NCBI GenBank assembly: GCA_963737635.1
Contig: CAVTTL010000001.1
Span: forward strand, 1,184,001-1,248,000
Source of the DNA: an uncultured Methanoregulaceae archaeon
Lineage (GTDB): Archaea > Halobacteriota > Methanomicrobia > Methanomicrobiales > Methanospirillaceae
Length of the DNA: 64,000 nucleotides
Direction: 5' to 3'
This document shows positions 31,571-42,219 of the stretch, one piece after another; the stretch's first letter is position 1; every line of letters starts with the position of its first letter. Under the pieces are notes generated by a model. The model was not told where the DNA came from. It made no database searches and saw only the letters and a program-made list of their open reading frames with translations. A program made the translations under genes and the position numbers.

Positions 31571-32938
31571 TCACTGGATGAGCTTCTGAGCCACTACCTT
31601 GTTGTCTTCGTCTAATACGATCATGTGGGTTGCACATGATACACAAGGGTCGTACCCGCGCATGATGACCTCAGCGAGCTGCCAGGGTGCACCGGTAAGG
31701 GCGGCACTGCAGGTCGCAAAGTTCCAGGTGGTCGGGACGAGCATGCTGAAGTACTGGACCTTCCAGTCCTTGACGCGTGCAATGTGGACATCGGTGCCAC
31801 GGGGGGCTTCGTTGGATGCCCAGCCGAGCGAACCATCACCATCGGGGATGTAGTCTGCAACAACCTTGCCGTTCGTGTTCAGAGCGTCGATGCAGTCGAT
31901 CATCTCGTACAGGCAGTCGGTGTATTCCATCTCACGGGCAATGTTCTGTCCGACTGTGCCTTTCTCGTCGTAGCCCTTGTAGGTTGCGAGACGGGCACGG
32001 GGGCCGACTTCAACCGGCTGGCCGTCGTACATCGGTATGCCAGTGCAGGCTTCCATCTGGGGGTTGACCTTGGTGCCGACCTTAGTGGTTCCACCGATGG
32101 GGTACCGGGGCTCCTCAAGTGACACTTCCATCTCACCCATGTACCAGTCCCATGGCCGGACTTCCTTGAACCGCTCGATGTCCCAAGTGGGGCATTCCTC
32201 AAGGCTTGAGCTGCCGTAGAATGCGTGGGTTGCCAGGTAGCCCTGGTTGTGGTAACCGAGGGTCTTGGGGAGTGCGACCTTCATGCCGCCAACGTCCACT
32301 GACTCGCGTGCCTGGTAGTTCCGGAGGATCGCGATCATGAGATCCATCTGGGCCTTTGCAAGGGGCAGGGCCTCCTTGGCGAGGTCGTACATCTTGATCT
32401 TTGCCTGCTCGGAACAGTTCCTGTACATACCACCGACACGGGTGTTTCTCGGGTGGATGCAGTCCCCGCCGGCAATCTGGCCGATGGTCTGACCGATCTC
32501 ACGGAGACGCTGGATCCGCTTTGCAACGGTCCGGACGGGCTCTTCTGCCGTGAACGGGTTGATCTTGACCTCGGTGCCTGGTAAGTACAGGTCAGGGAGA
32601 ATCAGAATGTCATGCAGTGCAATGCTGTGCAGCCGGTTTGCGAGCTGCAGGATGTGACGGAGCATCTTTGCGTCCTTTGGGATCTCGCACTTTATGGATG
32701 CTTCCATCGCTTCGGTAGCCGCAAGGTTGTGGGCAATCGGACAGATACCACAGACACGGGATGCGATCTTCGGCACCTGTTCGGGGGTCTTGCCAACGGC
32801 AAGCTTCTCGACGCCCCTCACCGGGGTAATGGAACACCAGTTACCCGTCTCAATGATACCTTGATCGTTAACCTTCAAGACAAGTTTTGAGTGTCCCTCA
32901 TGTCTTGTGGTTGGGGAAATCTCTACAACTTTCGACAA
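31571..32938 (-). CDS. frhA: F420-reducing [NiFe] hydrogenase large subunit
   Basis: RHEGH, RVCGICPIAH, YDPCVSCATH plus cleavable C-terminal tail; Cys, not Sec. Confidence 0.97.
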   Translation of the reverse strand: MSKVVEISPTTRHEGHSKLVLKVNDQGIIETGNWCSITPVRGVEKLAVGKTPEQVPKIASRVCGICPIAHNLAATEAMEASIKCEIPKDAKMLRHILQLANRLHSIALHDILILPDLYLPGTEVKINPFTAEEPVRTVAKRIQRLREIGQTIGQIAGGDCIHPRNTRVGGMYRNCSEQAKIKMYDLAKEALPLAKAQMDLMIAILRNYQARESVDVGGMKVALPKTLGYHNQGYLATHAFYGSSSLEECPTWDIERFKEVRPWDWYMGEMEVSLEEPRYPIGGTTKVGTKVNPQMEACTGIPMYDGQPVEVGPRARLATYKGYDEKGTVGQNIAREMEYTDCLYEMIDCIDALNTNGKVVADYIPDGDGSLGWASNEAPRGTDVHIARVKDWKVQYFSMLVPTTWNFATCSAALTGAPWQLAEVIMRGYDPCVSCATHMIVLDEDNKVVAQKLIQ

Positions 32939-33241
32939 TATTATCGCCTCATGTTATGTTGCGTTGTTCGCGTTGCTGTACAAAATTACTCTATACATCT
33001 CTCATCTCTAGAGATAATTGACCGTACAAAGTACGTTCAACTCTATCTACAACGAGCCATTTTATAACGTTTATTGTTTTAATTTCCCGGTTTTCGAAGA
33101 AAAGAAAATAAGGAAAAATCGGTCATTAAAATAAAAACGGCGTGAAAATTACCGTTTTTTCTGCCGGCCGCGCAACAAGGCCAAAAAAAATTAACAATTA
33201 GGTTTTATTTTCGGGTCATTATTATTTTTCCATTTGTATTT

Positions 33242-34244
33242 TTAATCAGATGGCTTCCTTTCGCCATTGAGTTCATCCAGTAATTCCGCAAGCGTAGCCC
33301 TTCGTTCTGCATACGCATCATGCTGGTGGATACTTTCTTCATTGGTCTGCTTGATGGTGACCACAGCATCGCCCGGAAGATAATCAAATCCGGTCAGGAC
33401 TTTTTTTGCCATTTCCCGTACACAGTCTTCCACAAACCGCGGATTTTTATGCGCGGCAAGTACCACCGCACTTTCGTCGCCGCGTTTGAGGAGCTCGTAG
33501 ATACCGGCGCTCATGGACTCCTTGAGGATCCGTATAATTTTTTCAAGGTCAACATGTTGATCGTCGTCAGTCTCGATACAGAGGAATCCCCTGCCCCGCT
33601 GATTGTGGGTAGCCATCGGTACTTCGGCAAAAAACAGGTCGATAGTCTTCTGGTCGACGCCCAGATCTTCAAGGACATGGTTTGCCCGCTCTTTCATGAT
33701 ATTCTGTGCACAGGGACATGCTGTCATCCCCGTGACTTCGGCACCGATGCTTTTGCGGACAATCGGTTCTCGGAAGGTTCTTTTTGCAATTGCGCGTGCA
33801 TGTACTTTAACTACTTCGTGGCAGGTCGTATGGCTTACCGGTGTCTCGCGCTTTACCATGAACTCGCTGCGCATAAGGACCTCAGTACGATCGGCATACT
33901 CGTGACGATCGAGCAGCTTACGGGCTACCGCGCTGCAAAGATTTTCGATCTCGCTGACTTTACCGTCTATTGCCTGTTGAAGAACCTCATCAATTACCTC
34001 AAAATTCCTTGACAGGTTGGCACCTTTCAGGCTGCCGGGCAGGTCAACATAAACATCGAAATTCGAGATAAAAACGACCGGTCTTTTGTCCGGGCGGGTG
34101 ACTTCCACAAGTTTTTTTACATTTTTCACCCCGACCCGTGTCAGGTTGATTCTGACATCAGGTGATGTCGCCTGAACATCGGGCAGTTTCCCGCTGAACG
34201 GCTGGTCCGGGGCCTTATCGACTGCTACGTGATTAATAAGTCAT
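33242..34244 (-). CDS. mptA: GTP cyclohydrolase MptA (start needs a 1-nt repair near 34240)
   Basis: LPDVQA…LTRVGVKNV, GANLSRNFE, GMTACPCAQ, HNQRG, NPRFVED, ESIHQHDA. Confidence 0.92.
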
Positions 34245-34334
34245 CGCATCCCCTGCTGGTTGTGCAAGTGTGCTTTTTTAGTTTTTCCATATAATATTTA
34301 TGTGCTTTGTTGCTGATATCAAAGGGATTACCCT

Positions 34335-35324
34335 ATGATGAAAAAATATTATGAAACCGATGCCGATCTGTCGGTTCTGAAGGGCAAAAAGATCGCCGTG
34401 ATCGGGTACGGTTCGCAGGGACGCGGGCAGTCGCTGAACTTACGGGACAGCGGCCTTGACGTGATCATCGGTCTGCGAAAAGGAAAGAGCTGGGACGCAG
34501 CAGTAAAGGACGGTATGACCGTCCTTTCTGTTGCTGAGGCGGCAAAGAAGGCGGATATTATCCAGATCCTCCTGCCGGATGAACTGCAGGCAGCCGTTTA
34601 CAGGAACGAGATTATGCCCCACCTCACCGAGAACAAGGTCCTGATGTTCTCCCACGGATTCAATATTCATTTTGGCCAGATTCAGCCACCGGCAAATGTC
34701 GATGTGATCATGGTGGCACCCAAGGGTCCGGGCTTTATGGTTCGGCGGCAGTACGAGGAAGGCAAGGGGGTTCCCGCACTTATTGCTATCTATCAGGATC
34801 ACACGGGGAAGGCGCACACGATCGCGCTTGCGTATGCCAAAGGTATCGGTGCGACGCGTGCAGTGGTCCTTGAGACCACCTTCCGCGAGGAGACCGAGAC
34901 GGATCTCTTTGGGGAACAGGTGGTTCTCTGTGGCGGGACTGCGTCGCTTATCAAGGCCGGATTCGAGACGCTTGTCGATGCCGGCTATGCCCCCGAGATG
35001 GCATACCTTGAGGTCTGTCATGAGCTCAAGCTGATAGTCGACCTTATCTACGAAGGTGGCCTCACGAACATGCGCCAGTACGTGAGCAATACGGCGCAGT
35101 ACGGGGACATGACAAGGGGTCCCCGGGTCATCGGGCCTGAAGCCTATGCCGCAATGGAAGAGATTCTTGGCGAGATCCAGAGTGGGGAGTTCGCCAAGGA
35201 ATGGATGCTTGAAAATATGGTCAACCGCCCGGTCTTTACGGCGCTCACCAAAGCCGATGAGGAACATCTCCTCGAAGAGACCGGCAAAGAAGTCCGGGCC
35301 ATGATGCCCCAATTCAGAAAATAA
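34335..35324 (+). CDS. ilvC: Ketol-acid reductoisomerase
   Basis: [28 protein letters not shown]. Confidence 0.97.
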   Translation: MMKKYYETDADLSVLKGKKIAVIGYGSQGRGQSLNLRDSGLDVIIGLRKGKSWDAAVKDGMTVLSVAEAAKKADIIQILLPDELQAAVYRNEIMPHLTENKVLMFSHGFNIHFGQIQPPANVDVIMVAPKGPGFMVRRQYEEGKGVPALIAIYQDHTGKAHTIALAYAKGIGATRAVVLETTFREETETDLFGEQVVLCGGTASLIKAGFETLVDAGYAPEMAYLEVCHELKLIVDLIYEGGLTNMRQYVSNTAQYGDMTRGPRVIGPEAYAAMEEILGEIQSGEFAKEWMLENMVNRPVFTALTKADEEHLLEETGKEVRAMMPQFRK

Positions 35325-35429
35325 CCCGATTCTTTTTTTCCCAATATGTTAATGAAAATCTACGTTGTATCTGTGGATCTTTCTAAAGCATATGAAAAGT
35401 TTTTGGGCATGAGGTACGTTCTACTTTGT

Positions 35430-35921
35430 ATGAAAATCTGCATCATCTATCATTCGGAGACCGGCAATACCCGTCATGTCGCACAGCATATCGCGTCAGT
35501 AACTATCGACAGCCGCCTTGTCGAAGTAACTGACCGGAAAAAACATTCTGTCCTGACTCGTTTTCTTATGCAATGTCAGGCTGCGCGGAGTGAAAACAAG
35601 ACCGAGATCGAGCCGTCGCACCTAGATGTACGGGAATACGATCTTCTGGTATTTGGATCCCCGGTCTGGGCATTCAAGCCAACACCAGCCATCCATACGA
35701 TCATCAATGCGCTTGACAACTGCGAGAAGAAGCGGGCAGTCGCGTTTGTCACCTGTGGCGGCAGGCCCGGCGCGAGCGATGAGGTTTTTAAAAAATGGAT
35801 CGAGAGCCGGGGGATGATCTTTGCGGGATTCAGGTCAATTAACCAGAAGGACATCGAGGACGATGCAGTAAATGCCGATATGGTAGCGTTCGTGACCGCG
35901 GCGGGACCAAAACTGGGCTGA
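35430..35921 (+). CDS. Flavodoxin-like protein
   Basis: [23 protein letters not shown]. Confidence 0.85.
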   Translation: MKICIIYHSETGNTRHVAQHIASVTIDSRLVEVTDRKKHSVLTRFLMQCQAARSENKTEIEPSHLDVREYDLLVFGSPVWAFKPTPAIHTIINALDNCEKKRAVAFVTCGGRPGASDEVFKKWIESRGMIFAGFRSINQKDIEDDAVNADMVAFVTAAGPKLG

Positions 35922-36000
35922 GGGGATAGAGAAGAGGACAAGTTGTTTTCCAGTGCTGGGAAAGACTTTTGCACCCCCGCATCCTTTATATTATACTGGT

Positions 36001-36615
36001 ATGACGGACTCTTACGATAATCTCTTAAAAAAAGCCTACTCCCATATATCCGAAAAAAGCGCATCTTCGGAACGTTTTGTAGTTCCTGAGGCTAAGGCAT
36101 ATATCGAGGGTAAGACTACAATCCTCGAAAATTTTGCCGAGATCGCCGACAAAGTCCGTCGCGACAAAGATCACTTGATGAAGTACATCCTCGGAGAGCT
36201 GGGTACATCAGGAAAGATCGATGGCACCCGGGCGATATTCAACGGGAAATTCGAAATCTCCCTGTTTCGTACGATCATTAAGAACTACGTCGACGATTAT
36301 GTGATCTGTTCCGAGTGCGGGAAACCTGATACCCGGTTGGTCAAAGACGATCGGATCCTGCTCCTCCGCTGTGATGCCTGCGGTGGTCACCGCCCGGTCC
36401 GGAAACGAAAGGTAAGGACCGAACCGGTATCGGAGAACCTTGAAGAAGGTCAAGTCATGGACGTCGAGATCCAGTCTCTTTCGAAGCGTGGCGATGGCGT
36501 GGTAAAAATGGGGCGTTATATTATGTATGTCGCAAACGCAAAACCCGGCCAGAGCGTGAAGATCAAGATTTCCCGTATATCTGGTTCAATCGTCTTTACC
36601 GAAAGGGCCGAATAA
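36001..36615 (+). CDS. eif2b: Translation initiation factor aIF-2 beta with TRAM domain
   Basis: [15 protein letters not shown]…CDACG zinc ribbon, C-terminal TRAM. Confidence 0.95.
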   Translation: MTDSYDNLLKKAYSHISEKSASSERFVVPEAKAYIEGKTTILENFAEIADKVRRDKDHLMKYILGELGTSGKIDGTRAIFNGKFEISLFRTIIKNYVDDYVICSECGKPDTRLVKDDRILLLRCDACGGHRPVRKRKVRTEPVSENLEEGQVMDVEIQSLSKRGDGVVKMGRYIMYVANAKPGQSVKIKISRISGSIVFTERAE

Positions 36616-36762
36616 ATTCTCATACAGTCCTGCACCTGTCAACTCCGAGGCCATTCTTTTTTCTGACAGGTTTTCTTAATCTGCAGAAAAACCGGGTGCA
36701 GGACCGGGACAAACGTGTTACCTGATAAAAAAGTATTGAAACGGCGCGCTATGCCGAGAATC

Positions 36763-37038
36763 TTACTTTTGTTTTGAAATGCCTTTGATGAGTTCGTCGC
36801 AATTGCCAGAGAGTTTTTTGCAGGCTTTCTTTATAATAGTCAGGGGGTTTTTCTTTGTACTTTTTGTTGTGACCAGCAGTTCAGGGTCCGAGAACTGGAA
36901 CTCTATGGTATATTTTGCGACATCAACGTCAGGGTCTGTCAGAATTTCCTCGACAAGGGCATTCATGAATGTGTGACCCTCACCCTGGATAGTGAGTCGT
37001 GCCCTGTCTTTTTCGAGTTCAAGTACTTTTACAATCAT
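36763..37038 (-). CDS. rpoL: RNA polymerase subunit L (Rpo11)
   Basis: GEGHTFMNAL…DVDVAKY. Confidence 0.9.
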   Translation of the reverse strand: MIVKVLELEKDRARLTIQGEGHTFMNALVEEILTDPDVDVAKYTIEFQFSDPELLVTTKSTKKNPLTIIKKACKKLSGNCDELIKGISKQK

Positions 37039-37135
37039 GCACCTATGTTTGGGAATCTGTGAACTATTAAAGTATGGGTTTAGGGCGGCATAGGACAACT
37101 TGAAAACACCTCAAGACAACGGAAAGTACCTTCTC

Positions 37136-37858
37136 TCAACTGAATGCAAAGACCTCGCCGTCATGTGCGAGGTGCGGGTACTCCCATGGCATCATATGGC
37201 TGATATGGATGCACCGGAACTCTTTGGGGTGCAGGCTTTCCGCAAGCGTGCAGGCATCGAGATAATTCATGTGCTTGGAAATCGACGTGTGTGAGGGAAC
37301 GAGGGCGTCAAGGAGAAGGAGATCGAGGTTTTCGAGCAATGTGAGGCTTCGGTGCGGAATGTCCCGGTTTGTATCCGAAGTATACGCGACCCGCACCCCG
37401 CATGCCTCAAAAACAAATCCGCAGGTGTACGCCGGTGGGTGTTTTACAATAAACGGCGTGATCGTGATACCGAAGAGATCAAACGGTACATACGGTTCAA
37501 CAGGATTTCGTTTGAAATCAAGGAACCGGAATATCTCCCCGCAGTACCGGAGCACCGGTTCAGCGGCGAAGACCGGTGGGACTTTCTGGATCCGGTAGAA
37601 CTCGCCAAGACCCATGAAATGATCGTAGTGCCCATGGGTCCAGATTATAGCATCGATATGCGGTGAACCAGTCCGGAGAAGCTGCTGCCTGAGGTCCGGT
37701 GAGGTGTCGACAAGGATATGATAGCCTTCATGTTCCACAAGGATGGAGGTCCGTAACCGGCCGGTACCGGTTGTATGCGCATGCCTGCATTGGGGGCAGT
37801 CACACCCTACCTTTGGGGTCCCGATTGCATCCCCGGTGCCAAGCAGTAAAAACTTCAT
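37136..37858 (-). CDS. MBL-fold hydrolase, PhnP-like
   Basis: LGTGDAIGTP…CxCxxC, THGHYDH, YTSDT, HISH. Confidence 0.9.
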   Translation of the reverse strand: MKFLLLGTGDAIGTPKVGCDCPQCRHAHTTGTGRLRTSILVEHEGYHILVDTSPDLRQQLLRTGSPHIDAIIWTHGHYDHFMGLGEFYRIQKVPPVFAAEPVLRYCGEIFRFLDFKRNPVEPYVPFDLFGITITPFIVKHPPAYTCGFVFEACGVRVAYTSDTNRDIPHRSLTLLENLDLLLLDALVPSHTSISKHMNYLDACTLAESLHPKEFRCIHISHMMPWEYPHLAHDGEVFAFS

Positions 37859-37859
37859 C

Positions 37860-39134
37860 TTACATCCAGTTCAGGTTCCGGATCGCCTCACGGTTCCTGA
37901 TCATACGTATCCCGGTTTCGAGATCTTTATTGTTTATGGCTTCGCGTTTATCCATGAGTGCCGAGAGAAGGGCCTCTTTTACCATCATCCGGATATCTGC
38001 ACCCGAGAACCCTTCCGTCATGGCTGCCATCTCCTGGTAATCGCAGGTACAGGCCATGGACGAGGTGACACTCTTTATGATTTCCCTGCGCATCTCTTCA
38101 TTTGGCATGGAGAATTCCACAACCTCATCGAACCGTCGCCATGCAGCTTCATCGAGGAGTTGCGGGTGATTCGTCGCGCCAATTAAAAGGACGCCGTTTT
38201 TGACAAGGCTGATTCGGTCGATATTTTTTAAGAGTGCGTTGACCGCCCTCTTCATCGCGCCGTGGTCATCGGTAACACGGCTTTTTGCGACAAAATCGAA
38301 CTCGTCGATAAAGAGAATAGAGGGAGAGAGCTTCTTTGCAAGCTCGAAGATCTTATCGATGTTTTTCGACGTCTCACCTAGGTACTGGGATGTAATCATC
38401 GAGAGCCTGACTTCAAGTACCGGCATATGCAGGGAGTGAGACATCGCAAGCGCAAGCGAAGTTTTCCCCGTACCGGGCGGACCGACGAACAGGAGTTTTC
38501 CCACTTCGTAAATACGGTGCCGGTTCAGGAAATCCCGGTGGTACAGCGCATGGTGGATCTTGTTGATAACTTCATTCTGTTCCGGTGAACAGACAAGATC
38601 ATCCATACGCTGTTCGACTTCCTCAGGGGCGCTCAGAATGACAAGATCCAGGGCCCCCCGGAATTTCTCATCCTCACCAATCAACTTAGAAATTTTGGTT
38701 TCGAGACTGGCCTTGGTATCCTCGTAGGGCGGGTTTGCCTTACGCACTTCCTGGTAAGAAATTCCTGTGTTGTCGGTCGATTCGAAGAAAAAGGCCAGGG
38801 CCGGGTTCTGGAGAGCGAGCTGTTTTCCTCCTTGGGCCAGGAACCATTCTGCAGCCGGGCGAAGGGTCGTGACTTTCAGACGCTGTCCGAACTCTTCATA
38901 GCAGACAAACGGGTTCTTTGCAATTTTCTCATGGGCATCTGCGATGTTGAGCGCGCGTCTTACCAGACCGTCGCTGACGTAGACAGGACGCTTAATGCAT
39001 TTGGTATCCCCGGAGCAGAAGATCTCCCGGCAAACCGGAGTCAGATCATTAAGATCAAGGGTAGGGTTCTGGTTGAATATTTCTGCAGTCAGCAGGACTT
39101 CCATGATTCGCAGGCTTTCCAAATCTCCGGACAT
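37860..39134 (-). CDS. AAA+ ATPase
   Basis: GPPGTGKT, FIDEFD, ATNHPQLLDEAAWRRFD. Confidence 0.92.
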   Translation of the reverse strand: MSGDLESLRIMEVLLTAEIFNQNPTLDLNDLTPVCREIFCSGDTKCIKRPVYVSDGLVRRALNIADAHEKIAKNPFVCYEEFGQRLKVTTLRPAAEWFLAQGGKQLALQNPALAFFFESTDNTGISYQEVRKANPPYEDTKASLETKISKLIGEDEKFRGALDLVILSAPEEVEQRMDDLVCSPEQNEVINKIHHALYHRDFLNRHRIYEVGKLLFVGPPGTGKTSLALAMSHSLHMPVLEVRLSMITSQYLGETSKNIDKIFELAKKLSPSILFIDEFDFVAKSRVTDDHGAMKRAVNALLKNIDRISLVKNGVLLIGATNHPQLLDEAAWRRFDEVVEFSMPNEEMRREIIKSVTSSMACTCDYQEMAAMTEGFSGADIRMMVKEALLSALMDKREAINNKDLETGIRMIRNREAIRNLNWM

Positions 39135-39181
39135 GGTTGTAACCTTTATTATTTTACACCTGAATCTTTATACCTATCTTA

Positions 39182-40066
39182 TCACCGGGTCGTAACGATG
39201 CAACCGTCAGCAGTTACGATCAGGGTATGTTCGTGCTGTGAGACGAGCGAGCCGGGAATGTCGGCAAGGACGGGGTACCCGTAGAGGGTCCCGGATCGCA
39301 CGAGGCCGGGGAGCGTCAGGTCCATTTTTTTATCACTCAGCCAGCGCCGGGAGAACGGAAGCCCGTGGCGTTCCCGCACTTTTACCATGGCCGCGCGGGC
39401 AGAAGGGATACGGACCGGTTTTTCTGCGATCTGCGAGTAGATCTCGATCCGGGTCTTTTCCCCCACCCTCCCGCTTCCGGTCGTGGCGAATGGTTCTATT
39501 GCAAAGGCCGTGCCCTCCTCAAGCACCGAACCGCCGTTGATGGCGATGTTGGGAATGGTCGGGTCCCGGTGCTGTACATATTGGTCAAGGCCATGGCCGG
39601 TGAGGTTGGCGATGGGCCGGTATCCCCGGCTTGTAATCTCTTTCTCTACGACTGTCCCGATCTCTCCTGCGGTCACTCCCGGCCTGACCATGTGGATCGC
39701 CGCTTCGAGGGCCTCGCGGGACGCATCAAGGAGGAGCGCGTTGTTCCCGAGGTCGACCGTTGTAGCAGTGTCTGCGATATATCCGTCGATCTGCACCCCG
39801 AGATCGAGCTTGATCACGTCTCCCTTGGCAAAAACCCGCTCGTCACCCGGCGATGCCGTATCGTGCGCTGCATCTTCGTTTAAGGAGACATTGAGGGGGA
39901 AGGCAAGGTCGGCACCATTCTCCCGGACCCGGGCCTCCACGGACTCGACCAGCTCCAGAAAGGAGCGGCCTACCCGGATCTCCTGTGCGCTTTCCCTGAG
40001 GATCGCAGAGGCGAGTTTCCCTGCGGAAATATACTTATCCAGTATGTCGTCTTTCATCTTTTTCAT
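39182..40066 (-). CDS. map: Methionine aminopeptidase type II
   Basis: AAHDT, DLGVQIDGYIADTA, LTGHG, AIEPF, QHEHT. Confidence 0.95.
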   Translation of the reverse strand: MKKMKDDILDKYISAGKLASAILRESAQEIRVGRSFLELVESVEARVRENGADLAFPLNVSLNEDAAHDTASPGDERVFAKGDVIKLDLGVQIDGYIADTATTVDLGNNALLLDASREALEAAIHMVRPGVTAGEIGTVVEKEITSRGYRPIANLTGHGLDQYVQHRDPTIPNIAINGGSVLEEGTAFAIEPFATTGSGRVGEKTRIEIYSQIAEKPVRIPSARAAMVKVRERHGLPFSRRWLSDKKMDLTLPGLVRSGTLYGYPVLADIPGSLVSQHEHTLIVTADGCIVTTR

Positions 40067-41190
40067 ACGATCAGCGACTCCTCAAATTTTGTGAAATCGG
40101 CAAAGCCTCGTGTACTGACCTCACCCATATTTTCGAGCCGCACACCACCTGTCCGGGATAATAAAGCCCGGGTTCGACCGTAACGACACATCCTGCTTCG
40201 AGCGCCGTTCCTGAAGGCCCTACTGTGGGTAGTTCATGGACCTGGAGCCCGACACCATGGCCGAGGTTATGGATGAACCCCCGGGTATCGCTCTCGTACC
40301 CCCGGCTTTTGAAATAATCTACGACAGCCTGATGTGCTTCCGCGCCTGCTACTCCGGCCTTTATATGTGAGATTCCGATCTGTTGGGCTTCGCGCACCGC
40401 TTCGTACATCTCGGCGATCTTCGGGTCCGGTTTTCCCTTTCGAGACCGTCCGGGTCATATCTGCGTAATAGCCCGTTGTCTCGTCCCGGGGAAACATGTC
40501 GATCACGATAGGCACATGAGGTTTCAGGGGTCCGCTTCCGATAATATGCGGGAATGCTGTATCCTCGCCACACGAGATGATCGTCTCCACCGCACGACAA
40601 CCCTCGTCCATGAGATGTTTATGCATTGCAATTCGTACGAGTTCCGAAGTAAGTGGCGCACCATTATGGTACAGGAGGCCTTTCCGTATCGTTGCATGCC
40701 TGATAAGCGAAATTCCCATGTCCATTGCGTGTTCGGTTTTTTTCTGGACCTCCTGCATAAGCCGGATCTCTTCAGGTGTCTTTTTTGCCCGTACTTTCTC
40801 GACCGTCCCTTCGTCCACGATCACCTGGCCCTGCTCCTCAAGCCCTCTCATAAGCGCCGCAGGGAGTGAGGGTGAGACAAGCAGGATCTTTCCAGTTTGT
40901 CCCGCGATCATCTGTGCGATCGCTTTCCATGGGTTTTTCTCTTTTTTCATGATATCGGGGAGCCCTGCCTGCGTGCGTGTCATAACCGCAGCAACCGACT
41001 CGCGGGAAGCTCTCTCGGCTTCCATCTGGGGAACGATAATGGTGCCTGGCTGCCTGCGTCTCTTAAAAAAGACAAAGGAGTCATGCATCACGAACCTGGT
41101 GAGGTAGCGCATATCGGCATCCTCCCCGGTGGCATAGTGCACAAAGGCATCTGCCTCGCACTTTTTCATGGCAGCGTCCAGTGGATCCAT
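40063..41190 (-). CDS. Xaa-Pro aminopeptidase (M24 family), indels ~40435 and ~40150
   Basis: DMFP…YYADMTRT, HNLGHGVGLQVHELP, TVEPGLY; stop overlaps the map ATG. Confidence 0.88.
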
Positions 41191-41248
41191 TCCCGTACAT
41201 CTATGCACTGAAACGTCAAGTACTTTTATTCCCACATTCAACGTACGA

Positions 41249-41476
41249 ATGATGGACGAAACTGCAAAAGAACAGTTCAAGTGGAAATTCTACCGGCTGG
41301 CAGTCCAGCTCAACGCGATTGTCCTGCTTGTGGCGTTTTCGGTACTTTCGTATTTCCTTGTCCCAGCCCCGTACCGCCTTCCTGCTATACTCATAATGCT
41401 TGTCATCGCCCTCGTTCTTTCCTGGAACTTTGTCACCAGCTACCGTTTGACCAAGGCATGGCTTGATGAACATTGA
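41249..41476 (+). CDS. Small two-TM membrane protein
   Basis: Two hydrophobic helices; ends TKAWLDEH. Confidence 0.7.
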   Translation: MMDETAKEQFKWKFYRLAVQLNAIVLLVAFSVLSYFLVPAPYRLPAILIMLVIALVLSWNFVTSYRLTKAWLDEH

Positions 41477-41523
41477 AGTAAAGGTATATACCGGGGGAGC
41501 GGGGATAGTTCCGCGGCGATCGC

Positions 41524-41808
41524 ATGCTCGAGAGGATGAAGGAGGAAATCGAACTCCTCAGCCGGCATATCGAAGTGGCCCGGACCGTGGCAGAGTACCA
41601 GCCGATCGGGATCATGAAACTTTCCGAGATCCTCGGTCTGCCGACCCACAGGATACGATATTCCCTCCACGTACTTGAGCAGCTTGGCTATATCCGCGCG
41701 TCACCGGAAGGAGCAGTTGCCACCGGGCAAACCCGGGAACTCTTCGCGCACTTAAACGAGGACCTGGACGATATTGTCCGTCTCGTAAACGCGATGAAAA
41801 GGCCCTGA
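41524..41808 (+). CDS. Winged-helix protein (archaeal conserved)
   Basis: QPIGIMKLSE…HRIRYSLHVLEQLGYIRASPEGA. Confidence 0.8.
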   Translation: MLERMKEEIELLSRHIEVARTVAEYQPIGIMKLSEILGLPTHRIRYSLHVLEQLGYIRASPEGAVATGQTRELFAHLNEDLDDIVRLVNAMKRP

Positions 41809-41940
41809 CCGGCAATTCCGCTGCAGCGTTCGCTTGCATGGTATCAGCTCAGTCATCCCTGCTGACCAGTCCGTCTCATCCCTTCCTTCGTTACCTTTAA
41901 AAAGGCCTACAAAGAATCTATAAAGGCGCAGGAAACTGTT

Positions 41941-42013
41941 GCCGCCATAACTCAGTTGGTAGAGTGGCTGGCTGTTAACCAGCATGTCACAGGTTCGAGT
42001 CCTGTTGGCGGCG
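41941..42013 (+). tRNA. tRNA-Asn(GTT)
   Basis: Cloverleaf; GCCGCCA/TGGCGGC acceptor stem; anticodon loop CTGTTAA. Confidence 0.97.
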
Positions 42014-42018
42014 CTTAT

Positions 42019-42094
42019 GGGCCTGTAGCTCAGTTCCGGTTAGAGCGCCCGGCTCATAACCGGGCGGTCATGCGTTCGAATCGCATCAGGCCCA
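42019..42094 (+). tRNA. tRNA with CAT anticodon, most likely tRNA-Ile2 (agmatidine-modified)
   Basis: GGGCCTG acceptor; CCCGG-CTCATAA-CCGGG arm; body nearly identical to tRNA-Ile(GAT) at 50399. Confidence 0.9.
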
Positions 42095-42219
42095 TTCCTT
42101 TCCTAGCCTTTTCGTTAGATTTTATTCTTCGATCGTCACTTCTGTTTTCCGCAAACGTTTCGAAGTTGCCTTGAGGTTATTTGGCAAAGTTTCTATGGCT
42201 GGAGAAACCAGCAACCTCT

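Noticed and set aside
31571-31660. Selenocysteine in FrhA
   Set aside because: The C-terminal motif is DPCVSC encoded by Cys codons, with no in-frame TGA.
42019-42094. Similarity to 50399-50472 as att sites or an inverted repeat of a mobile element
   Set aside because: Both are complete paralogous Ile tRNAs, and the genes between them are housekeeping with no integrase.
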